Positions 18,311 through 27,251 of a DNA stretch of 64,000 nt are shown here, one piece after another. The stretch spans positions 204,459-268,458 of the IMG/VR virus record IMGVR_UViG_3300023053_000001; one strand, 5' to 3'. The translations under genes and the position numbers were made by a program. Under the pieces are notes generated by a model, which saw only the letters and a list, made by a program, of their open reading frames with translations, did no database searches and had not been told where the DNA came from. This DNA is from a virus (lineage: Duplodnaviria > Caudoviricetes). Numbering within the stretch: the first letter of the stretch is position 1; each line of letters begins with the position of its first letter.

Positions 18311-19150
18311 TTACTTGCCGCCACCCATCACCTGACGCAGATGACGGTTGCGCGAATGGAAGTCGTCCAGCATCTGAACCTTGATCCAGACTTCTTCACG
18401 GTAGGTCTCGTAGTTCTCGTTGGCGTCGGCGTAACCGTCGACGATTTCCTTGAACCGACCCAGATCCATACCACCGCGCATTTCACCTTCAGCGATGGGG
18501 ATCACCAGCTCGTTGTAGATGTGCGCCTTGACGGCGTACTCCACCAGCTTGGTGAACTTGGAAACGGTCATCGAGCGCATGTGCGAGAAGTCGATGTCAT
18601 TTTCTACCATGCACATCAATTGCATGGTAGAGGGCAGGATCGACTGGTCGGCAATCATCACCGTGTTCTCAGCGATCAGCTGCACGCGAGCAGTGGACTG
18701 CACCGGCATGGAGGTGTGCGAAGCCACCACCTGTCCACCCGCAGACAACATATCCGAGTAGTTGGACATGCCGTAGTTGTAGGACGAAGGCAGCGTCTCC
18801 AGACCGATCATCACCGACAGGGCGCGTACAATGCGCCGGTTCTGCGTGCGATCCATCGGAATGCGCACCACGATCGTGGCCTGGTTGTAATACTCCTGCT
18901 CCAAACCGGACAGGGGCACTACCACCAGCGTACCGCCGGTCATGTTGCTATCTTCCATGACGCGAGCTTCCACGATCTTCTCGCGGATCATCGCATCCAG
19001 ACTGAGCGCATTGCGACTCTGGGCGAACTGGAACAGGTTGGGGCCGAAGTTCTGATCCATGAACGCGACCTGCAAGATCTGCGGCGGGATCAAACGCTTG
19101 ACATCAGCGATGGCCTTTTGAACGGGGGTCATGGTCATGGCGTACACCAA
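18311..19150 (-). CDS. Conserved phiKZ-like protein (279 aa), probably virion-associated
   Basis: Long codon-biased ORF; TATG upstream on its strand; function not recognised. Confidence 0.7.
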   Translation of the reverse strand: MVYAMTMTPVQKAIADVKRLIPPQILQVAFMDQNFGPNLFQFAQSRNALSLDAMIREKIVEARVMEDSNMTGGTLVVVPLSGLEQEYYNQATIVVRIPMDRTQNRRIVRALSVMIGLETLPSSYNYGMSNYSDMLSAGGQVVASHTSMPVQSTARVQLIAENTVMIADQSILPSTMQLMCMVENDIDFSHMRSMTVSKFTKLVEYAVKAHIYNELVIPIAEGEMRGGMDLGRFKEIVDGYADANENYETYREEVWIKVQMLDDFHSRNRHLRQVMGGGK

Positions 19151-19266
19151 AGGAATTGTCTCATAGCTTTGAGGTGAATCTTCAGCTATTTGTTTTCATC
19201 CACACATTACCCATGGTAAGGCGAACCATGATGATGTAGAGGACTATCCATTCAAGGGGGAAGTTG

Positions 19267-19800
19267 ATGAGCGCTATCAAACAAACTGGTTTGCCCGTCA
19301 ACTACGGGTGGTATACCAGCCAGCAGCACAATTACAAGCCGCGTGATGTCAGCCTGGAGATCCACGAAGAGCTGGCCCGCGCGATCCTGTCCAACGACGA
19401 TGTCTTCATGAAGATGGCCGCCGACGCTGAGTCGGGTCTGACCGTCAGCATCCAAGTGGGTCGTGACACGTTGCACATGAGCGTGTACACCGGCGATGAG
19501 CTGTTCAGTCGCCAGCGCTGCACCGAGCGTGACCTCAGTAAGTCGGTCCTGCTCATGGTTGGTCGTGATTGCAAACTGCGCTCGGTCTTCCGTACCGACG
19601 TGGAGCGCATCGCCACCAGTTACCCCAGCTTCTATTCCGTGCGTAGCCTTACCCCTGCCGAAGTTGCCCGTCTGGACTACTGGCAGGAGATCTACGTCGA
19701 ACTGGGCATCGAAGGTGCCCGGGCCAAACTGATCGAAGGCGTTGCCCTGCTGGTTGCCACCTGCATGGACCCGTCCCTTGATCCCCTCGCTGTCCACTAG
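19267..19800 (+). CDS. Hypothetical protein (177 aa) upstream of phuZ
   Basis: RBS aggggg; ends just before the phuZ RBS. Confidence 0.7.
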   Translation: MSAIKQTGLPVNYGWYTSQQHNYKPRDVSLEIHEELARAILSNDDVFMKMAADAESGLTVSIQVGRDTLHMSVYTGDELFSRQRCTERDLSKSVLLMVGRDCKLRSVFRTDVERIATSYPSFYSVRSLTPAEVARLDYWQEIYVELGIEGARAKLIEGVALLVATCMDPSLDPLAVH

Positions 19801-19821
19801 CACCGACTCCAAGGAAAAACA

Positions 19822-20811
19822 ATGCAACAGCAGAACATCTCCACCGACCGCGGCCGCGTCCGTCTGTACGCCTGCGGTGGCTTCGGTGTCAACATCGGTT
19901 CTTACTTCGATGGTTTCAAGGGCGAGATCGAACCGGGCTATTCCTCCGTGGAGCCGGCCTACATCGATACCTCCCGTTCCAACTTCAGCAAGGCCGGCCT
20001 GAGCGCCGACCAGGTCTTCGTGCTGGAAGGCGCCGATGGTTCGGGCGCGATCCGTTCGGAGAACCATCCCGAGATCCTGAAGAACATCCCCAACATCCTG
20101 CAGCAGTTCAAGCCGCTGGACTTCAACATCGTGGTCTTCTCCGGCGCCGGCGGTTCCGGTTCGGTGTTCGGTCCGCTGATCCTGTCCGAGCTGCTGGCCC
20201 GTGGCCTGCCGGTTATCGCCATCGTGGTCGGTGCCGATGATTCGGCCAAGGCTGCCGAGAACACCCTCAAGACCCTGCAGGGCCTGGAGCACACCGCCGA
20301 GAAGCGCGGCCTGCCGGTGGCGATGTACTACCGCCAGAACGACAACGGCGACAACAAGCGTTCGTCCATCGACAAGGACAGCCAGTACGTGATCAGCATG
20401 ATCTCGATCCTGTGCTCGCGCCAGAACGATGAACTGGACTCCAAGGACATCCAGAACTGGGTGCAATTCACCAAGGCCACCTCGGCCGAAGCTCGCCTGG
20501 CGCGCCTGATGATCTGCGATTCGACCAACGTCTCCCAGATCGCCGATCCGATCGCCATCGCCAGCCTGCTGGCCAGCCCGGATGACGCCGGCCGTGAGAT
20601 CGTGCCCGAGTACAGCTGCACCGGTTATCCGGAAGCCAAGGCCGTCCACAGCCTGCTGCCGCTGCACCTGGTGCTGACCTTCGAAGGCATCCCGGCCATC
20701 GCCAAGCGCCTGACCTCGCGCATCGCCGAGCTGGAAACCCAGCGCAAGGCCCGCGTGCGCCACGACTCGCTGCTGGGCAATGCCCAGACCGACGGCGACC
20801 TGGTCCTGTAA
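19822..20811 (+). CDS. phuZ: Phage tubulin PhuZ (329 aa)
   Basis: G-box YACGGFGVNIG, IDTS, tubulin signature GAGGSGSVFGP, short C-terminal tail ending DGDLVL. Confidence 0.95.
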   Translation: MQQQNISTDRGRVRLYACGGFGVNIGSYFDGFKGEIEPGYSSVEPAYIDTSRSNFSKAGLSADQVFVLEGADGSGAIRSENHPEILKNIPNILQQFKPLDFNIVVFSGAGGSGSVFGPLILSELLARGLPVIAIVVGADDSAKAAENTLKTLQGLEHTAEKRGLPVAMYYRQNDNGDNKRSSIDKDSQYVISMISILCSRQNDELDSKDIQNWVQFTKATSAEARLARLMICDSTNVSQIADPIAIASLLASPDDAGREIVPEYSCTGYPEAKAVHSLLPLHLVLTFEGIPAIAKRLTSRIAELETQRKARVRHDSLLGNAQTDGDLVL

Positions 20812-20819
20812 GTCCCGAT

Positions 20820-20845
20820 CCCCGCCCTTCGGGGCGGGGGTTTTT
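20820..20845 (+). terminator. Rho-independent terminator
   Basis: ccccgccc-ttcg-gggcgggg followed by a T run. Confidence 0.8.
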
Positions 20846-20866
20846 CCACCGCCAATCGAGTTACCC

Positions 20867-21262
20867 ATGGAACCGATCACCCCCGAAACTGCCAGCCCCG
20901 GCATGGTTGCTGCGCTGACCGCAGTGGCCACTCTGCAAGGCCACAACGACATCGACCAGACCCTGGCCTCCTTCAAGGAATTCCCGGCCCTGGAAACGAT
21001 GGTGCGCGAACAGGCCGTCTTGATCGACGAAGCCGTCGCCAACGATCCTGGCATCCAGGAAAGCGCCGAAGCCCGTATGGAGCTGCTGGAGCGCATGATG
21101 CCGCGCGTCAACGAGACCAACGCCTTCCGGCGCGAAATGCGCCAGCGTAAGGAAAACCGTCGACCGACGGTCCAGTGGAACATCGGCCTGCTCACCTACG
21201 TGATCCGCAAGGCCCTGTTCGAACCGAACTGGCGCGATCCCCGCTTTGCCACGGGGCTGTAA
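20867..21262 (+). CDS. Hypothetical helical protein (131 aa)
   Basis: Strong codon bias; followed by a hairpin at 21273-21308. Confidence 0.7.
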   Translation: MEPITPETASPGMVAALTAVATLQGHNDIDQTLASFKEFPALETMVREQAVLIDEAVANDPGIQESAEARMELLERMMPRVNETNAFRREMRQRKENRRPTVQWNIGLLTYVIRKALFEPNWRDPRFATGL

Positions 21263-21272
21263 CTGAACGTCT

Positions 21273-21308
21273 AAAATACCTGAGTCCTTGACGGGGCTTA
21301 GGTATTTT
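21273..21308 (+). terminator. Stem-loop with A/T flanks
   Basis: aaaatacctgagtcc-ttga-cggggcttaggtatttt. Confidence 0.65.
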
Positions 21309-21346
21309 ATGACCACTCACCCCCATTCAATGCGTAGGACTCAATC

Positions 21347-21547
21347 ATGAACCAGTTTGTCTGCAATCAGTGCTCGTGCATGGAAGTGACCGATCTGGTC
21401 TATCCGTGCCTGCCCTCTCTGAAGGAGGAGCAGCTGTGCTCCCTTTGCCGTACCGGCGTGTGGCATAACCGGTTCGAGCGTGAGTTCTACGACCCCACGA
21501 AACACGTGGCGATCAATCGCCCCAATGAAGGACTGAGCTTGGGATGA
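21347..21547 (+). CDS. Small Cys-rich, probably Zn-binding protein (66 aa)
   Basis: CNQCSC...CSLC; RBS agga. Confidence 0.75.
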   Translation: MNQFVCNQCSCMEVTDLVYPCLPSLKEEQLCSLCRTGVWHNRFEREFYDPTKHVAINRPNEGLSLG

Positions 21548-22077
21548 ACCAAGAAATCTTGCACGATCTTGCTGAAGCCCCTCCTTTCTTCGCTCGCGAA
21601 GAGGACGGCCACATCAACTGGCGCCCCCACACCGTCAACGAGGAACAGTCTGCATCGTTCTCGGTCCCGGTGTCTTACTCGCAGGTCTTTCCTCAAGAGG
21701 ACGTAGACCGCCTAGGTAAGTTGGGCGAAACCCCCGACACCCTAATGACCCACGCCTTCATGGCGTTGGAGGAAGGTCGCGGGATCAAGCCAGAAGGTGA
21801 GGACATGATTGACTTTGCTGTCAGTGGTGTCTGTAACAACATCATCAACCGTTTGTTTGATGAGGAGGACCAAGGAACCGATGACATTTCCGCCTCGGAT
21901 ATGGTCAACGAGTTCATGCCCCAACTGGTTCCCATGATCGAACGTACGGTGCGCATGACGGAGACGTACTTCCCCATGCCCGAACCGCAGCCTGACGACG
22001 ATGGATTCATCATGGATGCCAGTGTGACCAACTGCAATGACCGCACTGTGGTGAAGGTCACGTGGGCTAAGGGATGA
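21544..22077 (+). CDS. Hypothetical protein (177 aa), putative array member 1
   Basis: ATGA overlap; LGKLGETPDTLM motif; C-terminal beta-hairpin. Confidence 0.7.
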   Translation: MNQEILHDLAEAPPFFAREEDGHINWRPHTVNEEQSASFSVPVSYSQVFPQEDVDRLGKLGETPDTLMTHAFMALEEGRGIKPEGEDMIDFAVSGVCNNIINRLFDEEDQGTDDISASDMVNEFMPQLVPMIERTVRMTETYFPMPEPQPDDDGFIMDASVTNCNDRTVVKVTWAKG

Positions 22078-22499
22078 GCGAGTCCGTACGACTTTCCATT
22101 CCGGTTGGGGAAAGTGACTGGATCACCACCGAAGATCGCGGCATGTTAGCCGATCTTCGATTGGACCCGAACCTAGCCATCGAGTACGGGTTGCATTTCT
22201 GGGAGGACTGCTATCTGTCCGGTCTGGAAAAGCGACCCGACTTGTTCTACGACAAGATGGTCGGCGAAGTGGCTGAGATGTTGGACCCCATCGACGGGCA
22301 CGCTGAGAGCTACGAGCACCAGACCCGGTTCGCTCAACGGGCAGATCAGTTTGCCTGCATGATGGGCCGACATGCCCAGATCCTGTCCAGTCATTTGAGT
22401 CCCCGCGTGTTCCATTCCCTCGAAACGCGCCCAGAAAGCATCACGCTGTTGAAGATCAACGACCATCGTACGATCGTGCAAGTGAACTACGAGGACTGA
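22074..22499 (+). CDS. Hypothetical protein (141 aa), array member 2
   Basis: ATGA overlap; VRLSIP...LADLRLDPNLAIEYGL. Confidence 0.7.
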   Translation: MSESVRLSIPVGESDWITTEDRGMLADLRLDPNLAIEYGLHFWEDCYLSGLEKRPDLFYDKMVGEVAEMLDPIDGHAESYEHQTRFAQRADQFACMMGRHAQILSSHLSPRVFHSLETRPESITLLKINDHRTIVQVNYED

Positions 22500-22534
22500 G
22501 CCACTCCCCTTCACAGGGGAGTGGCTCTATGCCG
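22498..22534 (+). terminator. Stem-loop followed by TATGCCG
   Basis: gagccactcccct-tcac-aggggagtggctc-tatgccg. Confidence 0.7.
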
Positions 22535-22666
22535 TCTATTTCGCTCTCTGAGGCGCTTGCAGAGTAAAAAGCTACCAATCTACCTCTTCTTATGTAGTAC
22601 GCCTGTGCCGCCTCTTACGGACTTTCAGACATATATCATCCAAGAGTAGGCTATCCTGGAAATCCC

Positions 22667-23167
22667 ATGACCCACATTCCTCTGGTTGAAGCTCGTTACA
22701 CGTTCAGCCTACGCGATCATTTCGAAGGCTGTCTCCCCCTACTCCACAAATTGATGGAGAGACGCCTTCCTGAAATCTCCCGTATCAATGCCGTGATGTG
22801 GAAACGCCACGGCCTGTACGGAGGTACTCGCTACGATGCTCGACGCTACCGTCGGATCTACGAGCCGGCCTCCGATGCAGATGACACGCTTCTGATGCAG
22901 ATCTACGTGGCATTCATCATGCACTACATCACCCATGACTGTTATACCGTGATCGGTACGGCGATGGAGGCGATGTGGATGGATCTGATTTCGCGAGACG
23001 GCGAGTTCCGTAACGCAACCCTTCCTTTCGAGGACATGGCCCTGAGCCCGCTGTACTGGATTACCTCATCGCACTTGAGTGACCAGCTACGCACGATCTC
23101 TCTGGATCAGAATCTCGTATTTCGCATGTCTTACTTGGTGGCACCCCCACCATTACCACCTTTCTGA
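22667..23167 (+). CDS. Hypothetical protein (166 aa), array member 3
   Basis: RBS gga; first gene after an AT-rich spacer. Confidence 0.65.
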   Translation: MTHIPLVEARYTFSLRDHFEGCLPLLHKLMERRLPEISRINAVMWKRHGLYGGTRYDARRYRRIYEPASDADDTLLMQIYVAFIMHYITHDCYTVIGTAMEAMWMDLISRDGEFRNATLPFEDMALSPLYWITSSHLSDQLRTISLDQNLVFRMSYLVAPPPLPPF

Positions 23168-23178
23168 GGGACTCTGCA

Positions 23179-24033
23179 ATGTCTTCGCTCAACGTTCAGT
23201 ACATCGTGCCGCTCAACCATTTTGCAGAGCATCTGCAGATGGCCTTGCAGCGCCTCGGTGTCCAGCGCAAAGTTCCGTTCTTGGAAAAACAGTTGGAAAA
23301 TGCGCCGGCGTATGAGATCGTCTATGCGATGTTCAAGTTGAACCTGGAAGAGCGCATGCTCTGGATCAACAGCGACTGGCGCAACTGGTGGGAAGTCATG
23401 GAAGACGTGATGGGACGGCACATCTCCGGATGGATGTCGGAAAGTCAGTATCGTCCGGTGCACCGCAAGGGCGCCAAGGCAGTGGACGCCGAACTCACCG
23501 CCGAGGATGAACGCATCATCGACTACTACGATGCCATCTACACCGACGTGCTCGATCCACTGTGGCTGATGATGGAAAACATGATCGGTCAGCAGATGGG
23601 TATTGCTGAGAACACCTGGGACATGTTCACCCTGGAACGTCGCGATACCTATCAGGTGGAAAAGTCGACCACCGAAGAAGAGGTCTGGATTCCCGACCGC
23701 ATTGCCACGGTAGCCATCGACGGCAGTTCCACCCCGCAGCTGCGTCCGGTTCAGATCAACTCGCCCGTGTCCGGTCAGGTCCAGATCCGTCAGATCCCCA
23801 TCATGATCCAGAAGCTGGATCGGATCGATCTGAAGCTGAGCAACATGGGTGACTTCCGCATTCGCGAGTGGGAAGAGAACATCAAGTCCGGTAAGTGGAA
23901 GACCCGCGCCAAGGAAAACATGGATGTCCATTCGCTGGCACCGGATCATCTCTACGGTGAAGCCAATCGCGGTTCGCTGGCTGAGATTCGTCGCGCCGGT
24001 AAGACCGGTGGTATCCGTACGCTGGGCAAGTAA
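23179..24033 (+). CDS. Hypothetical protein (284 aa), array member 4 with a C-terminal extension
   Basis: RBS gagg; YIVPLNHF...LQRLGV. Confidence 0.75.
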   Translation: MSSLNVQYIVPLNHFAEHLQMALQRLGVQRKVPFLEKQLENAPAYEIVYAMFKLNLEERMLWINSDWRNWWEVMEDVMGRHISGWMSESQYRPVHRKGAKAVDAELTAEDERIIDYYDAIYTDVLDPLWLMMENMIGQQMGIAENTWDMFTLERRDTYQVEKSTTEEEVWIPDRIATVAIDGSSTPQLRPVQINSPVSGQVQIRQIPIMIQKLDRIDLKLSNMGDFRIREWEENIKSGKWKTRAKENMDVHSLAPDHLYGEANRGSLAEIRRAGKTGGIRTLGK

Positions 24034-24035
24034 CC

Positions 24036-24446
24036 ATGTCGGACTATCGCTGGCGAGTCAGTGAATTGATGGTCCTGATCTGGAACGTATTGGAGCACCA
24101 TCCCTATTCCCACGAATTCGGCGTACATGCAGTCTACGTACTGCAAGCGGCCGTAGAGCAATTCGGGGTAGAGTTCACCAAGCCGGTGAACCGCACACCT
24201 GAAGATTACCTGATGCGGATACCTGGAATGGACCCCGCTGCGGCAGCACGTGTACAGGGCGATCTGATGACCGCCTTGCGCATTACCCTGCCGTGGACGG
24301 AAGGACCACCATTGGACGAGGAACGTCTGGTGGGTACGATCAGTGGACCGATCCTGTCTGTCATGGTCGCCGAACGTGAAAATCTATCGACCCTGGCAGA
24401 TCAGAGTGACAGCTACATTCCCCGTCGCCATCGAGAACTTGTCTGA
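24036..24446 (+). CDS. Hypothetical protein (136 aa), array member 5
   Basis: Tight packing; C-terminal LVGTISGPILSVMV. Confidence 0.65.
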   Translation: MSDYRWRVSELMVLIWNVLEHHPYSHEFGVHAVYVLQAAVEQFGVEFTKPVNRTPEDYLMRIPGMDPAAAARVQGDLMTALRITLPWTEGPPLDEERLVGTISGPILSVMVAERENLSTLADQSDSYIPRRHRELV

Positions 24447-24449
24447 TTC

Positions 24450-24932
24450 ATGAGACACTACGTCATTATCCCCTTACGAGAGTTGCCTGCGGCGTATCAC
24501 CACCATGCCCGGGCGCTGCGTCGTTTGGGGATAGAGCCGCGAGGGCTGATCCGCTATGGCATCCTTTACGGAGCCAATCGGTATCTGTGGACAGCCCTCA
24601 ATGATCCGCTCAATGACGTTTATCGTGAGGTCATCCGATCTCCCCACGTCATTGATGATCCTGAGTTGACCGCTGACATCAACGCGACCTTGGGCGGCAC
24701 CTATCAGGAAATCTGCGGGTACCTCCAGCGTGACATCATGTCAACCCAAACCAACCTGCTGCGCCATGAGGTTCAGCAGCTGATGCACTCGTGCTTGGAT
24801 CACATCCAACTCATTGATCAGTATGTACTCCCGTTCATCTTTTCGCTGACCGGGTCGTCGTCAACATTGCGCTACGAAAAAGCTATCAGCGATGACAGCA
24901 TTCTAGTCAGCGTAGAGTCCCCTCTCATTTGA
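24450..24932 (+). CDS. Hypothetical protein (160 aa), array member 6
   Basis: HYVIIPLRE...LRRLGIEPRGLIRYGI. Confidence 0.7.
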   Translation: MRHYVIIPLRELPAAYHHHARALRRLGIEPRGLIRYGILYGANRYLWTALNDPLNDVYREVIRSPHVIDDPELTADINATLGGTYQEICGYLQRDIMSTQTNLLRHEVQQLMHSCLDHIQLIDQYVLPFIFSLTGSSSTLRYEKAISDDSILVSVESPLI

Positions 24933-24942
24933 AGATACGAAC

Positions 24943-25317
24943 ATGCTGCTCATGGTCCCCATGCCGATTCCTCACGAGGAGTTGGCCAATCTCGAGAAAA
25001 ACACGCTGGAGAAATACGGCATCTCCTTCGATGAATTGATGCGCACCGCGATCACCTCGTGGGAGTTCATGAGTAGCGATCGCTTGCCCACCATGGATGA
25101 CGTGGTGTTGGTGAGTGTCGATGCTGAACTCTTCCACGAGTGGTACGAAGCATCCCGCCGTTTGACTGACATCACCCATCAGCTGGGACGAGCGATGTAC
25201 CGCATGCTCGAACCGGGCTTGCAGGGAACGTTTGGTTCTGCCGATGAGATTGACATCCGTTACATCAAATCCGTACCCAACGGTATCCTGCTGGATATGC
25301 GTGGACGGGACGACTAG
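24943..25317 (+). CDS. Hypothetical protein (124 aa), array member 7
   Basis: LEKYGISFDELMRTAI...YIKSVPNGILLDM. Confidence 0.7.
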   Translation: MLLMVPMPIPHEELANLEKNTLEKYGISFDELMRTAITSWEFMSSDRLPTMDDVVLVSVDAELFHEWYEASRRLTDITHQLGRAMYRMLEPGLQGTFGSADEIDIRYIKSVPNGILLDMRGRDD

Positions 25318-25325
25318 GAACCTCC

Positions 25326-25778
25326 ATGCACCGTTTCCCTCCCCACAGTCGCTACATCCGACTCATCCTGCCCACGCGGGATGCGTTTGAGGAGTACGCC
25401 ACTGTTGAGCACCTGCTGGCGAAGATCAACATCACTCCCCGACACCTTATCGAACAGGTGGTGTTGTACATTGCCCAGAGCAGTGGTCCGGAAGCCTCGC
25501 GGATCTTGGCGTTGCAATCGGCCAAGCTGTACGCACTGCCCTATCAGGCAGTGACGACGCTGGTGTCTGACAACGTCTACAACTCGCGTGACTTCATGGC
25601 ATTGGAGCAGCGCGACCAACACGACATCAGTATCGTCGTGGAGAACATTGTCTTCCGCTCATACCTCCACCTGACGCAGCTGTTCGAGATGTTCTCGATC
25701 ACCGATGCGCAGCAGGAGATGATGAGCTTTTCCGGCTGGCAGGGATACGACCTCATCGTCGAGATCCCCAATACGTAG
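25326..25778 (+). CDS. Hypothetical protein (150 aa), array member 8
   Basis: RBS agga; IRLILPTRD...LAKINITPRHLIEQVV...GWQGYDLIVEI. Confidence 0.7.
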   Translation: MHRFPPHSRYIRLILPTRDAFEEYATVEHLLAKINITPRHLIEQVVLYIAQSSGPEASRILALQSAKLYALPYQAVTTLVSDNVYNSRDFMALEQRDQHDISIVVENIVFRSYLHLTQLFEMFSITDAQQEMMSFSGWQGYDLIVEIPNT

Positions 25779-25788
25779 GAACTGTCCT

Positions 25789-26247
25789 ATGCAAAACGTC
25801 ATTATCCCCACGCGGGATGTCATCGAACCCCATCTTCCGATGTGGTCGCAGATGCCGCCCGCGCTGGGGCTGGGACCGGTGATTACCACACTGGTCCAAC
25901 TGATCTTCAACGGTAACAACGCAGGCGATCAATGTCGGGCGAACTTCTACATTCCGGATGTCATGTACGTCTTCATCGAATTCCTGCTCACTCCGGACAT
26001 GCGCAAGTTTTTGAACGACACCTATACCGACGAACAGGTTCAAGCATGGATCTCTACGTTGTTCACGATCGTTCCTGGCTTGGCCAATCAACTGGTAGCC
26101 CTGTGCCCGCCCATCGTTAATTCGGTGGTGGGTTCCTCCTATGTCTCCAATGTGGGGTATGCGGAGATGCGGGGATTGGATGTGATGTTGTTTGTGGAAA
26201 CCTTTGACATGGGAGCCAAGCATGACCAGCGATACGCTGCCGGGTAA
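25789..26247 (+). CDS. Hypothetical protein (152 aa), array member 9
   Basis: RBS agga; NVIIPTRDV...AEMRGLDVMLFVE. Confidence 0.7.
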   Translation: MQNVIIPTRDVIEPHLPMWSQMPPALGLGPVITTLVQLIFNGNNAGDQCRANFYIPDVMYVFIEFLLTPDMRKFLNDTYTDEQVQAWISTLFTIVPGLANQLVALCPPIVNSVVGSSYVSNVGYAEMRGLDVMLFVETFDMGAKHDQRYAAG

Positions 26248-26599
26248 AATCCAGTTGGGATCAGGTGCTGCTATTGAGACCTACCTAACTGAGATGGTCC
26301 CGGCAAATTCGGGTTTTTATGACCTCGGTATGGTTGGACAGGCCGTAGTGAACCATCTGGCCGGTAGCTTCCAGCCCCACCCCAATCGGGTGGCTGGACT
26401 TCATCAGGAGCTGTATCGCTTCTTCGCACCTCACGATCACATCTACGTCGATCGAGCACTGCGGTTACTGGTGGAGCAGTACGATGCTGATTTCTTGGCG
26501 TTGCGCCGAACCTTCCCGGCCGGCTGGGATCTGCAAGGCCGATTCCGCTACTACTTCTTCAAATGGTCCGGGGACATCATGGTGATCGCGTTGCGCTAA
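26222..26599 (+). CDS. Hypothetical protein (125 aa), array member 10
   Basis: RBS ggag; C-terminal FFKWSGDIMVIALR. Confidence 0.65.
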   Translation: MTSDTLPGKIQLGSGAAIETYLTEMVPANSGFYDLGMVGQAVVNHLAGSFQPHPNRVAGLHQELYRFFAPHDHIYVDRALRLLVEQYDADFLALRRTFPAGWDLQGRFRYYFFKWSGDIMVIALR

Positions 26600-26637
26600 G
26601 CCTACTGATATGAAGCCTTTCATCATCAGGAATTGCC

Positions 26638-27054
26638 ATGAGCATCGTAGCACCTACCGATCTCCCGTTTGGCGCCGTAGTCAGCTTTGAGGTCTACCCG
26701 GCCCAGATGCTCGGCAACGAATTCAACAACGCCAAAGTCCTGGCCATCGTCGACGCCGACACGGCCAAGTTCTGGATCGACCCGGTCGCCCAGCACGCCA
26801 ACGTCTATGCGACCCTGCCGCCGAACACGGTCCCGGACAAGTTCGACAGCTACCTCTACGTCAAGCTCAAGCTGGCCAGTGGCATGACCACTGCCGTGGG
26901 CCTGCCGTGGATTCGCAAGGAGAGCCTGAAGATTGCCACCACCCGCAAGGTGCTCATCACCGTGGAGAACGTCTCCCCGGAAGATGATGGCAAGCTGCTC
27001 AAGGCACTGTCGTCCAACGGCTTCACAGCAGCAGCAATCCAAGACATTCAGTAA
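26638..27054 (+). CDS. Conserved beta-rich protein (138 aa; phiKZ gp49-like position)
   Basis: RBS agga; strong codon bias; immediately upstream of the DNA polymerase. Confidence 0.75.
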   Translation: MSIVAPTDLPFGAVVSFEVYPAQMLGNEFNNAKVLAIVDADTAKFWIDPVAQHANVYATLPPNTVPDKFDSYLYVKLKLASGMTTAVGLPWIRKESLKIATTRKVLITVENVSPEDDGKLLKALSSNGFTAAAIQDIQ

Positions 27055-27159
27055 CCGGATACTATCGTATAGATCGCTTGCGGGCGATCGGACGGTAGCT
27101 GGACACTACCGTGGCTTGCGGTTACTCCCATTGTCTTTCTGTTGCTGTATCTGCATATT

Positions 27160-27193
27160 GGCGCCGGGTTACCCCGGCGCCTCTTTTATGCCG
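27160..27193 (+). terminator. Stem-loop followed by TTTTATGCCG
   Basis: ggcgccggg-ttac-cccggcgcc-tcttttatgccg. Confidence 0.75.
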
Positions 27194-27251
27194 CCTTTTA
27201 TTTTTCGACTAGCTGGACCTATCCAATGAGCAATACTACCCGTGGGCTGAA

